Shown piece after piece: positions 9,196-18,606 of a stretch of DNA of 53,239 bases. Below the pieces are notes generated by a model. That model was given only the letters and a program-made list of their open reading frames with translations. It had not been told where the DNA came from and did no database searches. Origin of the DNA: a candidate division FCPU426 bacterium. GTDB taxonomy: Bacteria; Oederibacteriota; Muellerivitia; Muellerivitales; Muellerivitaceae. The translations under genes were made by a program, and so were the position numbers. Position 1 is the first letter of the stretch. Each line of letters opens with the position of its first letter. The stretch covers positions 1-53,239 of the forward strand of contig CAVYSE010000015.1 of NCBI GenBank assembly GCA_963771075.1, written 5' to 3'.

Positions 9196-9669
9196 TGATT
9201 TCTCCAGAACTGGATTTGAGGGGTTTTATCATATCCAAACTTTTTCGGGGGAATGGAAAAAGGGGTTTCCTTTAACGTAAATGTTACATGGCCTGGGATC
9301 CGGGTTCTCCCTTGTTCGAAAGGCCATGCGCCGTAAAATGGGTTCAGCTCATTGAGGTGATTGATGGAAACGAGTTCAGCCGATCCCTTGGGGGGCGGCC
9401 CGGAAATGCCAGCCGATGAATGCATGGAAGACAGCATGGCCCCCGATTGTTTCCCCTGGCCGCAGGACGATACGCCCGATGCCAAACCGGAGGAAACCCT
9501 GTCCGCCATTGATATCCATCTGGATAAGATTTCTCAACCGCTCCCCCCAAATCCCAAGCCTTAGAGACTCAAACAAAACCCTCTTAATTAACCACCAAGG
9601 CACCAAGAACTTCACTAAGCCGAGGGTTGGAAGACGTCGTAAAACCAAACTTTTTATTTTAGTTTTTCG

Positions 9670-9994
9670 GAACTATGGCTTTGACATAAGTCATTCAAAA
9701 AAGGTTTAGTTGTTGTGGTTTTCACCTTCTCCCCTGGAGGGAGAAGGATGGGATGGGCCGATCCCCTATTCATTAAATCAAGGTGATCGGTACGATACCG
9801 ACATCTTTAAAAGTTTTATGGAATGTCGGCATGAGGGGGAACACCGTGGTAAAGCACCCCTCATGCCGACCTTCCATAAGATATAAAAAGAGGTCGGTAT
9901 AGTACCGATCATTTGTTAATTGATGATCGGTACACCCTGCCCTCTCCCTCAAGGGGAGAGGGTTTGTTTTTAAGTTATGCCAAGTGCATAGTTC
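9670..9994. repeat. Three-layer nested palindrome (outer IR, REP doublet, two micro-elements)
   Basis: Outer IR 9670-9689/9975-9994 (16/20); REP arms 9725-9755 and 9933-9961; inserts 9756-9831 (-) and 9864-9932 (+). Confidence 0.78.
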
Positions 9995-10064
9995 TGTAGT
10001 TTTTTATAGGTTCTTAACCTCCTTTCCAGGGCACTCCCCACCTAAAAAAAATTCAGATGGCCGA

Positions 10065-10093
10065 TTGACAAGGGATTGAGGGTCGAATATCTT
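10065..10093 (+). promoter_or_regulatory. sigma70 promoter of hemP
   Basis: TTGACA (10065-10070), 17 bp, TATCTT (10088-10093). Confidence 0.65.
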
Positions 10094-10095
10094 AT

Positions 10096-10110
10096 TGATA
10101 ATCATTATCA
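10096..10110. promoter_or_regulatory. Fur box
   Basis: Perfect 7-1-7 TGATAAT-C-ATTATCA over the predicted transcription start. Confidence 0.9.
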
Positions 10111-10131
10111 ATTAGGTTTCGAGGCTTTTTT

Positions 10132-10299
10132 ATGGCACAGACCCACGTTCCAACATCCTTGGAGAAACCCAGGCCCCGCCGACAGGTGCACAGCGGGGAA
10201 CTGCTTCCGCCCGGGGAAAAGGAACTTTGGATCCTCCACGGCCACGAAAACTACAGGCTCCAGCTCACGAAGAGCGGAAAACTGATTTTGACGAAATAA
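10132..10299 (+). CDS. hemP: Hemin uptake protein HemP/HmuP (55 aa, absent from the ORF track)
   Basis: MAQTHVPTSLEKPRPRRQVHSGELLPPGEKELWILHGHENYRLQLTKSGKLILTK; hallmark I.H....Y.L..T..GKLILTK terminus; Fur box upstream. Confidence 0.92.
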   Translation: MAQTHVPTSLEKPRPRRQVHSGELLPPGEKELWILHGHENYRLQLTKSGKLILTK

Positions 10300-10339
10300 A
10301 GCGGGACCCAGCCAGCCGATTTCCCGATAGGGATAAGCC

Positions 10340-10374
10340 AGCCAGGCGAGAGTGACATCTCCCTGGCTTTTTTT
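10340..10374 (+). terminator. Intrinsic terminator between hemP and the downstream operon
   Basis: AGCCAGG-c-GAGA/gtgaca/TCTC-CCTGGCT followed by a T tract. Confidence 0.75.
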
Positions 10375-10404
10375 ATTTCAGGGATCATTTCAAGGAGGAA
10401 GAAA

Positions 10405-11178
10405 ATGCGGTTCAAAAAATACGCCTTAGCTTTGATGTTGTGCCTGCCGCCCGGCCTGGTTTTGGGGGCCGACCGGCATTTCATTTATAACTACGAGTCC
10501 AACAACCTGGGAGCCGGGGAAAGGGACCTGGAAACCTATACCTGGTACCTCTTCGGGCGCGACCGCTTCTATTCGGCGATGAACCAAAGCATCGAGTTCG
10601 AGGCGGGGTTGGACGAAGGGGTACAGAGCTCCCTTTACGTCAATTTCACCCAGGTGTTCGCCGACCAGGGAAACGGGACCCAACTCGATACGACGGGGCC
10701 GGTGCTGGACGGCATCTCCAATGAATGGAAGTTCAAATTGATGGACAGTTCCGCGGACGCATTCGGATTGGGGCTGTACCTGGAGCCGGAGTTCGAGCCG
10801 GATGATTTTGAGCTCGAGACCAAGGTCATTGTGGACAAAAACATGGGTTCCTGGCTTTGGACCTTCAACCTCCTGGCGGCGCCCGCTTTTGATTATGCGG
10901 ACACCAACGAATCCCTATTGATCCGGCCTTCGCTGGGCGCGGGTTTATTCCTAACCAACAGCGTCTTTATCGGCTTTGAGGCGATGGACGAGAACTTTTA
11001 CGACGACCAGCCCATGCGCTCCGTCTTTTCCATGGGTCCCTGTATCCAGTACTCGGGCAAGAATTGGTGGGCGGAGCTGTGTTTCATGCCCCAGTTGTCC
11101 AATATTGGAAATACCGCGCTCGATTTCACCGACAGCCAGCGGGACCAGATCGCCTTCGCGACTTCCTTCGACCTGTGA
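10405..11178 (+). CDS. Outer-membrane beta-barrel protein (DUF6662-like)
   Basis: Signal peptide, alternating beta-strand pattern, terminal F-x-L; AGGAGG RBS. Confidence 0.7.
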   Translation: MRFKKYALALMLCLPPGLVLGADRHFIYNYESNNLGAGERDLETYTWYLFGRDRFYSAMNQSIEFEAGLDEGVQSSLYVNFTQVFADQGNGTQLDTTGPVLDGISNEWKFKLMDSSADAFGLGLYLEPEFEPDDFELETKVIVDKNMGSWLWTFNLLAAPAFDYADTNESLLIRPSLGAGLFLTNSVFIGFEAMDENFYDDQPMRSVFSMGPCIQYSGKNWWAELCFMPQLSNIGNTALDFTDSQRDQIAFATSFDL

Positions 11179-11221
11179 GGCTTTTCAACTTGGTGATCCA
11201 AAAACCTGAAGGGAATAGAAC

Positions 11222-11578
11222 ATGAAAAGGGCAATGAAAACCTGCGCCGGTGCCGTGTTTTTTCTCACTCTTTCGTGGGCTTGCGCGCCCCTCCTCCCCT
11301 ATCCAACGGGGGAGGGGCTCTTGAGGGCGCAATCGGAACAGCCCGCGATGACACTCCATGACCTGGATTTAGGACGCAGGCAGTATGCCACCACCTGCGC
11401 CAGCTGCCATGCCCTGCATATGCCCAGCGAGCTCACCACCCGGGGTTGGAGAAAAATCATGGTTAGGATGCAGGTGAAGGCGAAAATCGATGATGCCAAA
11501 CGCGATTCGATCCTCGCCTACTTGACCGCCATGGATACAAAGGATTCGGATTCAAACCATTTAATGGATACTCCTTGA
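11222..11578 (+). CDS. Monoheme c-type cytochrome, probable lipoprotein
   Basis: CASCH heme motif; lipobox-like LSWAC; W..IMVRM candidate distal Met. Confidence 0.82.
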   Translation: MKRAMKTCAGAVFFLTLSWACAPLLPYPTGEGLLRAQSEQPAMTLHDLDLGRRQYATTCASCHALHMPSELTTRGWRKIMVRMQVKAKIDDAKRDSILAYLTAMDTKDSDSNHLMDTP

Positions 11579-11706
11579 TCCAATAATTAGGATTGAGGCG
11601 TCGCCTTTATTAAATGATTGCCATATCAATCATTCGCGCGTTTCAAAAGGCTTTTTAACCTCAACGATTCAAGCCAAGCAAACACTCTCCCTACATTTTT
11701 GTCGCC

Positions 11707-11734
11707 TTAAATTTTTTTTAACAACGATTTAATT
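11707..11734 (+). promoter_or_regulatory. Possible PhoP/PhoB-type direct-repeat box
   Basis: TTAAAT (11707), TTAACA (11718), TTAATT (11729) at exact 11-bp period upstream of the porin. Confidence 0.35.
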
Positions 11735-11854
11735 TTGAAGAAACATATTCCGACAAGGCGTCGTTTAATCTCTCGCCACTTTTTCCTATGACCATGTGAA
11801 TCATTCCTTTTGGACGGTCATTGTGCAAAAACCAGACGTCAAAGGGGGGAGAGC

Positions 11855-13488
11855 ATGCGAACCCAAATGGGTTTTCTTGTATTTGTATTTTCGGTTTTAT
11901 TTTTATTGCCCGCCCTGAACTGGGCCCAGGCCGAAAATTCCACACCTGTTCCCCCCGTCCCATCCGCGGTAGCAACCCCTGAGAATCCCTCCGCAACACC
12001 CGTAACCAAACCACTCGGGGTCCGGGAAGAAGTGAAAAATCTGCAGGAAAAAAACCAAGATTTGGAAACCCGCCTCAAAACCCTGGAAGACCAGGTGCAG
12101 AACTTAAAGTCGGCGCCCCCCCGACCGTTCCAACGGCGGTTGCCACCCCGAACCCGCAAGACCAGGACATGGTGGGCCCCGATGCCTCGGCGATGTCCAC
12201 GGGCGCCGGGGTTCATGACACCTACATCCCCTATGAGTCGGGGAACGAAATTATTTATTCCGAATCCCGTTACCTGAGTTTTTCGAACCGCGCGGGCGAT
12301 ACCGAATTCCGCATTGGCGGTTACGATTGGTTGGACCTGGATATCAACAACCAGTCCTCCATTGTCAACCATGGAGTTACCCAATATTCCTACCTGAACA
12401 ACCCCACCAACAACATAAACGGTTTCGAAGAACGAAAGGCCCACCTGGATTTCCGGGCGACCTTCGATAAGTTCGTCGGCGCCGCCATCGGCATTGAGAG
12501 CGACAAGTCCACCGGGGTCAGCTTGGGTTTATACCACGCCTACTTTTACGCGAAATTCGACAAGGCTTTCGGCCTCGAAGGCGGAAAGATGACCAACCCC
12601 CTTAGCCTGGAGGGGGACCAGCCCGCCGCCGACCTGCCGTTCGTGGAAGCTTCCATGATGGCCGACCTGACCGTGAACAAGGTCATCGGAATCATGGCGG
12701 AAGGCAAGGTGGAGCACACCTTCGAGTACCAGTTCGTGGTCGACAACGGGGCCCAGGACAACGAGTCCTCCGCCACCGGGCCCGGCAAGCCTGCGGGCGA
12801 TTTCAAGGACCTAACCGGCCGTGTCTTCTTCACCCCCTGGGAAAAATCGGGGGACGAATGGCTCGAAGGATTGGGGTTCGGGGGCGGGGGATCGCTGGAC
12901 AACGAGACCGACGAGGACCCCAACGCCTGGACGAAATTGGAGACGGCCCTCGGCGGAAACTCCTTCATGACCTACACCGGTATTTCGCCGAAAGGTCCCT
13001 ATTACCACGCGGATGAACAAGCTTATTACTACAACCATTCTTTCGGCTTTTTGGCGGAACATGTCGATTCCATCCAAACGGTTTTAAGCAGCCAAAGCAA
13101 GGCGGTGCCTGTTCAACTGGACAACCAGGCCTTCCTGATGGAAGCGCAATGGGTCTTCGGGGGCAAGGCGGGTTTTGAGGGCGCCATCGTGGACCATCCC
13201 TTCGACCCCTCCAAGGGCCAATGGGGGGCCCTGGAATTGGTCGCCCGACTGCACGGCGTTTTCGTCGATGTGCAGTCCTTTACCCACGGTTATGGATTCT
13301 ATTACGCGCCTTCCTCATCCCTGGGAGTGGGGGCCCAGGTGGCCACCTCCTATGGAGTGGGATTCAATTGGTGGCTGGACGAGCATTTCAAATTCATGTG
13401 CGACGGCGAAGAAACGGATTTCTCGGGTGGTAACGCGGTTGTCCTGCCGGAGCAAATTCTAGTGGCGCGGGCGGCGCTCACCATGTAA
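11855..13488 (+). CDS. OprO/OprP phosphate-selective porin-like protein, split by a 1-base frameshift at C-run 12116-12122
   Basis: Signal peptide plus coiled-coil N-half; barrel half with GKMTNPLSLE, LPFVE, GRVFFTPW, GQWGALELVAR, GFNWWL; C8 instead of C7 fuses the frames. Confidence 0.78.
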
Positions 13489-13557
13489 TTCGCCCCGGCC
13501 GAACGGCCCGGGCGGATAGGCGCAACCGCTTTGGGGTTGCATTTTAAGGAGCAAAAA

Positions 13558-14814
13558 ATGAGAGACTTGAAAAGCATCAGCCGCAATTTTAGGGTCGTGG
13601 CGGGTTTAGGGGCCTTCGCCTTCCTCGGCGCGGTCATCCTGGTTTCCTGCAAATCCCAGACGATTCCCACCGCCTCCAATACCCCCACCTTCACACCCAC
13701 CATCACCCGAACGCCCACGATCACCTTGACGCCCCAATTCACCTCCACGTTAACCAATACGGCCACCCAGTCCAGTACTCCCACGAACACCGGCACCGTG
13801 ACCAACAGCCCCACCATCACCCTGACCCCCGTCTTGAGTTATACCATCACGACCACGCCGACCATCACTGACAGCCCGACAATCACCAATACGCCCACCA
13901 TCACGCCCACCGTGACCGCAACCGCTTCACCTACGGTGACCCCGACTCCCACCAACATCCCTTCGGGCCTGCTTCCGGGCCAGGTCTTCTTCACGGGCTT
14001 CATTACGAACGGGAACGCCCAGCAGGCCTTCACCGCAGCCGTCACCCTGGCCGCGGGCACGACGATCTACCTCACCAACGAGGCCTGGGACAATACCCTG
14101 ACCGGTCTGACGACCTATAGCGGGGAAACCGGGAATTTCGTGAGCAGCTATACCGGAGGCAACAGCACCTCCGGAACCACCTATAACCCCGAGTATTTCC
14201 TCCAGTACGTCACGGGCGGGCAGATCGCGCCATTCACCACTGTCTTCAGCTGCCAGGCCAAATCGGGCAACCTGGGCGCGGGCCAGCTCCAGTCGGGCGA
14301 TGTCTTCACGTCGTTGGGCCCGGGTGCCGCCAGCGGGGGGACGAGTTTCCTTTTGGATTCCACCAACGCCACCGGGGACAAGCTGTTCGCCTTCACGGCC
14401 GCTAACGTGAACAGCTCCGGGGTGGTCACGGGTCCTGTCACCTTCCTGGCCGGCATCATCTGGGGCCCGGACTCCTGGATGAGCGGCCCTATCGGCGCCC
14501 AAAATTACTACGACTCCTGCCTGCCCCAGGACCTTCAAGGCACCGGGGTGACTTACGCCACGGATCTCTCCCAATTGTTCAACGCCGACTCGGGCTATTT
14601 CAACACCGCCAACACCAACCAGTGCGCGGCCCTGGCCTGCCAAGGCACCAGCACAAACTTGACGACCTTGTGGGGTGAGGTGAGCCCCAACACCAACTGG
14701 ATCGGGACCGTGGCCAGCCGTAAAAATTTCGGCTTGCCGGCCGGGAACGCCACGGCTTGCCCCGCCCTTGGATGGACTCCCTCGGGGGCCGTGACCACCT
14801 ACCAGCTCCCCTAA
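13558..14814 (+). CDS. Thr/Pro-rich surface lipoprotein with a C-terminal beta-rich domain
   Basis: Lipobox LVSC; TPTIT-rich stalk of about 95 aa; PGQVFFTGF domain; AAGGAG RBS. Confidence 0.8.
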   Translation: MRDLKSISRNFRVVAGLGAFAFLGAVILVSCKSQTIPTASNTPTFTPTITRTPTITLTPQFTSTLTNTATQSSTPTNTGTVTNSPTITLTPVLSYTITTTPTITDSPTITNTPTITPTVTATASPTVTPTPTNIPSGLLPGQVFFTGFITNGNAQQAFTAAVTLAAGTTIYLTNEAWDNTLTGLTTYSGETGNFVSSYTGGNSTSGTTYNPEYFLQYVTGGQIAPFTTVFSCQAKSGNLGAGQLQSGDVFTSLGPGAASGGTSFLLDSTNATGDKLFAFTAANVNSSGVVTGPVTFLAGIIWGPDSWMSGPIGAQNYYDSCLPQDLQGTGVTYATDLSQLFNADSGYFNTANTNQCAALACQGTSTNLTTLWGEVSPNTNWIGTVASRKNFGLPAGNATACPALGWTPSGAVTTYQLP

Positions 14815-14913
14815 CTGCGGGGGATTTTTATGAGGACCTGGGGGGAATCGTCCTCCCGGGAGACCGGTTTTGAGGGAATTGAGCCGTTTTTACTTAGACT
14901 TGAAAGAGGTGGG

Positions 14914-17900
14914 ATGATGAGAAAAAACTATTTAGGCGCGGGCATACTCGGGGTGGCGGTTCTTTTGGGCTTCCTTTCTCCGCTATTCACCTCTTGCGGG
15001 CCCAAGAGTAGCAGCCCCACCTCCCCCTCGAGTCCTTCCAACACCAATACATTCACTATTACGCCGACTTTCGCCTTAAGCGCGACCGATACCAATACAG
15101 CCACCCCCACCTCCCCCCTGCCAAACACCGCTAGTCCGACCCTTACCTCAACGACCACCAAGACCTTGACTTCCACGCCCACATCCAGCCTTACGCCGGT
15201 TTTAACGGGAACCGCCACCTTGACCTCCACCCCCATCCCTTCCTCGACCCCGACGGTCACCAGCACATTGACAACCGCTCCCACCCAAACGAATACCTCG
15301 TCGCCCACCCATACCCCCGCGGATACCTCCACCGCAACGGCGGTCGATAGTCCTACGCCCACCTTGTCCACCACTTCCACCAACACCCTCACGGTGACCA
15401 ATACCATCACCCTGACCCCGACCCTTACGTCCACGTCGACGGCCACCCCGACCTTGTCCGCTACTTCGACGGCAACCATCACCAATACACTCACGGTCAC
15501 GACCACTCCAACCATTCCGTCCGGACTGACGATCCAGTGCAACTACACCGGCTCAACCTATACGGTCGGGACTTCCCGATTCGCGGTCGAAGTCTCCACC
15601 GATCCGAATTTTGCGAGCAGTCCCGTCACCGACGCCAACGTGGGTGCCGCCGTCGCCGGTGCACCGCCCTTTTCGGCCTCGATCACGCTCGCCCTGTCAG
15701 CCGGCACCTATTATGTCGGCGCGGAACTCAATGAGACCGGGGCCGGCAAGCAGTTCCCGCTCCCGTCCAACAATCCTGTTTTGGGATCTCCCTACGCGGC
15801 CTTTAATGGGATCGTCAACAACTATTACAATTCCTCGATCAATTACGGCTGGCCGGATGTGGGCGGTAATTCGGCCACCCCAATCACTTACACCGGCGCT
15901 GCCATGTCGGTCACCCTATCTTTCGCCGACACTTATTTACCGAACTTGGGCTTCTCGGGTGGGCCGGTATTCAACAATGGCGGTACGAACGAAGCCTTCG
16001 CGAGCGACCAAAGCGTGACCCTCTCCAACTCCACAAAATATTGGTGCTACGCCGCGGTTTATCTGAATAATCCTGGAACGTTCGGTACCGGTCCCGGTAA
16101 CCAGACCCCGGCGAATGATTGGGGAACCAAGGTAAGTTCGAACATGACCCTATCCTGCTTGAAGGATCTGACGGCTTCTTCTTCCGTCTATATCCTGGAA
16201 TACCTGGATCCCACCGCGAACAATGTCGCGAGTCCACCTGCCTTTGCGCCCATCCAAACCGGGGACCCTTACACCATCATTGGCCCCGTGAATCCCCAAA
16301 CCACCGACATTACCGGGATCAACCCGGGAAATACCCTCGGTGTCACCCTGTTTAGCAGTTCCACATGGTCATTATCCACCGCCACGGCTACGGGAACGGC
16401 TACGCCCGGCGAAACGGATACGACCAGCTTCACGCCAACACCGGACCCCTCGGATAGCCCAACCTCGACTCCCACCTTCACCTCGACCGGGGGTGCCACG
16501 GATACCCCGTCTTCCACGCTGACGATTACGCCTGATCCGAGCGATACGTCGACGTCGACCGCGACTTCCACCAGCACCGTCACGGATACGCCCGCTAACA
16601 CGGACACGATCACGGATACGCCCGCCGTGACCTCCACCCCGACGGGTTCCCCCACGATCCCTAATAGCCCCACATTCACCGGCACCTACACCAACAGCCC
16701 CACGGTCACCCCAACCACCACATCCACCGTCTCGCCGACCCCCCTTCCCAACCTGAACCCGGGTGACATCTCCTTCACGGGATTCGTGCAGAACGGGAGC
16801 AGCGAGTTCAGCTTTATCTCCACCAAGAACCTCGCCGCCGGCCAGGTCATTTATTTCACCAACGATAGCTATGATCCGACCCAAGGCGGTTTGGTGACCG
16901 AGAATCTCAATTATCCGAGCACCGCTTCATCCGTAACTTTTACCTCCGCCCAAGGGAATAACGTGGTGATCTCCGGAGGGAGCTCGAACCCCACAACCGT
17001 TAGCGAGGGGATCATCGCATACACGGTGGGAAGCGGCGGGTTGACCCTCGGGAATCAGGTCGTTCTCAGCAAGCAGGGTAATGACATTCCCCAACAGCAA
17101 GGCGGGTCGGCGGTCAGCGTGGCGGGGCTTAACAACTCCGGAAGCGGGACCGTCTACAATGCGACGACGACCGTTACTTCCAACTGGGCTGGTTTGATCC
17201 TGAACCACAACGGGACGGGTGACAAGGTTTTGGCCTTCACGGTCAGCGGGGGCGTAACCCAGTACATCGCAGGGCTCATTTTCGGTCCTGATACCTGGCA
17301 GTCCACAGGTTCCATCGGTTCCACGGTCATTAGCAGCAATACGATCCCTTATTTCTGGGATTCCTACCTGCCTTCCAACCTGACCAGCGGTGTCAATGCG
17401 GTCGATCTTTCCGGTTTATGGAACTCGGACAATCTTAACCAATACAGCACGAGCAACAATATCAACACCCTTTTGTTGTTCTGCTTGAACACGGCGTCCG
17501 GCATCAATACCTCCACCAATTGGGGGGCGGACGGCAACGTGGCCACCGGATCCCTGTCGTTGGATGGAGGGAAGACGGCCCATGTCCCGTTCCCGGCGGG
17601 CGTGGGAACCACTGCCTGTACCACGGGCAATGGCGGTTGGTTGAGCATCGCGTCCGAAGCCACGCCCGTTCCAAGCTCAACACCTACCGTTACTTCCACG
17701 ACCACCCTCACCTACACCGCGACTCTCTGCCCCACGCAGACCAACACCAATACGCCCATGCCCAACGGCGCCACCTTCAGCGGCGCGGTGACCTACTCGG
17801 GTGCGGGTACGGTAGACGCCAGCCACCCGCTGGGGGTCTTGTTCGTCTCCCCTGGAGGCAATAATGGCCAGCCTTCCTCCACCTTTTCCTCCGCTTCGAC

Positions 17901-18525
17901 GATCTTCGATTACTCGATCGACGGACTGAATGCGTCGAACCAGTATTTCATTATCAGCTGGTACAACGCTTACGGGGACGGTACGACCACCAATATGCCC
18001 CATGTGGGTGATTCGGTTTACGCTTACAGCTCGACCGATACCTCCACTTGCGACATTTCCACCTGGTCCCAACTCGCGACGGGGCAGACAGGCATCAACA
18101 TGACCTTCGGCGATATTACCAGCAGCTATCAGGCTGCGGGGCTATCCGGTACGGTCACCTATACCGGAAGCTTGGCGGGGGTGGACGGTTGCCACAGCAT
18201 CGTTGTGGAGATGTGGCCGACCGGCACCAGCTTGACGGGCACGACCGGCAGCGTGACCTGCTCAGGTTGTAACGATCTGGACGACAACAGCTACAACAGC
18301 AACGGGGCCCACGCGGATATGATCCCCTTCGGCGCCTCCGGGTTCACCGGGCCCTGCTCGACGGGCACGGTCAACATCCTGGCTTTCTTCCAGGCGGTAC
18401 CGGGAACCGGTAACGGGAAGACCATTCAGCCGGGCGATCCCTATGTCTGGATTCCCAACTTCAATATCACTTCCACGGCCAACAACGCGGGGACCATTAC
18501 AATCAACGATTCGCAGACCTATTGA
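14914..18525 (+). CDS. Large Thr/Pro-rich multidomain surface lipoprotein
   Basis: Lipobox FTSC; three T/P-rich linkers; PGDISFTGF domain paralogous to the upstream gene; repeated Ig-like units; GAGGTG RBS. Confidence 0.8.
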   Translation: MMRKNYLGAGILGVAVLLGFLSPLFTSCGPKSSSPTSPSSPSNTNTFTITPTFALSATDTNTATPTSPLPNTASPTLTSTTTKTLTSTPTSSLTPVLTGTATLTSTPIPSSTPTVTSTLTTAPTQTNTSSPTHTPADTSTATAVDSPTPTLSTTSTNTLTVTNTITLTPTLTSTSTATPTLSATSTATITNTLTVTTTPTIPSGLTIQCNYTGSTYTVGTSRFAVEVSTDPNFASSPVTDANVGAAVAGAPPFSASITLALSAGTYYVGAELNETGAGKQFPLPSNNPVLGSPYAAFNGIVNNYYNSSINYGWPDVGGNSATPITYTGAAMSVTLSFADTYLPNLGFSGGPVFNNGGTNEAFASDQSVTLSNSTKYWCYAAVYLNNPGTFGTGPGNQTPANDWGTKVSSNMTLSCLKDLTASSSVYILEYLDPTANNVASPPAFAPIQTGDPYTIIGPVNPQTTDITGINPGNTLGVTLFSSSTWSLSTATATGTATPGETDTTSFTPTPDPSDSPTSTPTFTSTGGATDTPSSTLTITPDPSDTSTSTATSTSTVTDTPANTDTITDTPAVTSTPTGSPTIPNSPTFTGTYTNSPTVTPTTTSTVSPTPLPNLNPGDISFTGFVQNGSSEFSFISTKNLAAGQVIYFTNDSYDPTQGGLVTENLNYPSTASSVTFTSAQGNNVVISGGSSNPTTVSEGIIAYTVGSGGLTLGNQVVLSKQGNDIPQQQGGSAVSVAGLNNSGSGTVYNATTTVTSNWAGLILNHNGTGDKVLAFTVSGGVTQYIAGLIFGPDTWQSTGSIGSTVISSNTIPYFWDSYLPSNLTSGVNAVDLSGLWNSDNLNQYSTSNNINTLLLFCLNTASGINTSTNWGADGNVATGSLSLDGGKTAHVPFPAGVGTTACTTGNGGWLSIASEATPVPSSTPTVTSTTTLTYTATLCPTQTNTNTPMPNGATFSGAVTYSGAGTVDASHPLGVLFVSPGGNNGQPSSTFSSASTIFDYSIDGLNASNQYFIISWYNAYGDGTTTNMPHVGDSVYAYSSTDTSTCDISTWSQLATGQTGINMTFGDITSSYQAAGLSGTVTYTGSLAGVDGCHSIVVEMWPTGTSLTGTTGSVTCSGCNDLDDNSYNSNGAHADMIPFGASGFTGPCSTGTVNILAFFQAVPGTGNGKTIQPGDPYVWIPNFNITSTANNAGTITINDSQTY

Positions 18526-18554
18526 TCGGATAGAAATTCAGAGTTTGTCCTACC

Positions 18555-18586
18555 AATCCCGGGTGGAGACACCCGGGATTTTTTTT
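18555..18586 (+). terminator. Intrinsic terminator
   Basis: AATCCCGGGTG-gaga-CACCCGGGATT followed by a T tract. Confidence 0.88.
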
Positions 18587-18606
18587 ATCCTTAAAGGGGG
18601 AGCATC

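Noticed and set aside
9361..9564. 67-aa acidic ORF
   Set aside because: No recognisable motif and a weak RBS; cannot be supported as a gene
4900..10000. CRISPR array or integron attC array
   Set aside because: Repeats are irregularly spaced, occur in both orientations, lack constant-length spacers and attC end motifs; no cas or intI gene in the window
13350..17711. Val/Gly-rich antisense ORFs
   Set aside because: Shadows of ACN/CCN-rich Thr/Pro codons on the + strand; the same applies to the many antisense ORFs over GC-rich genes
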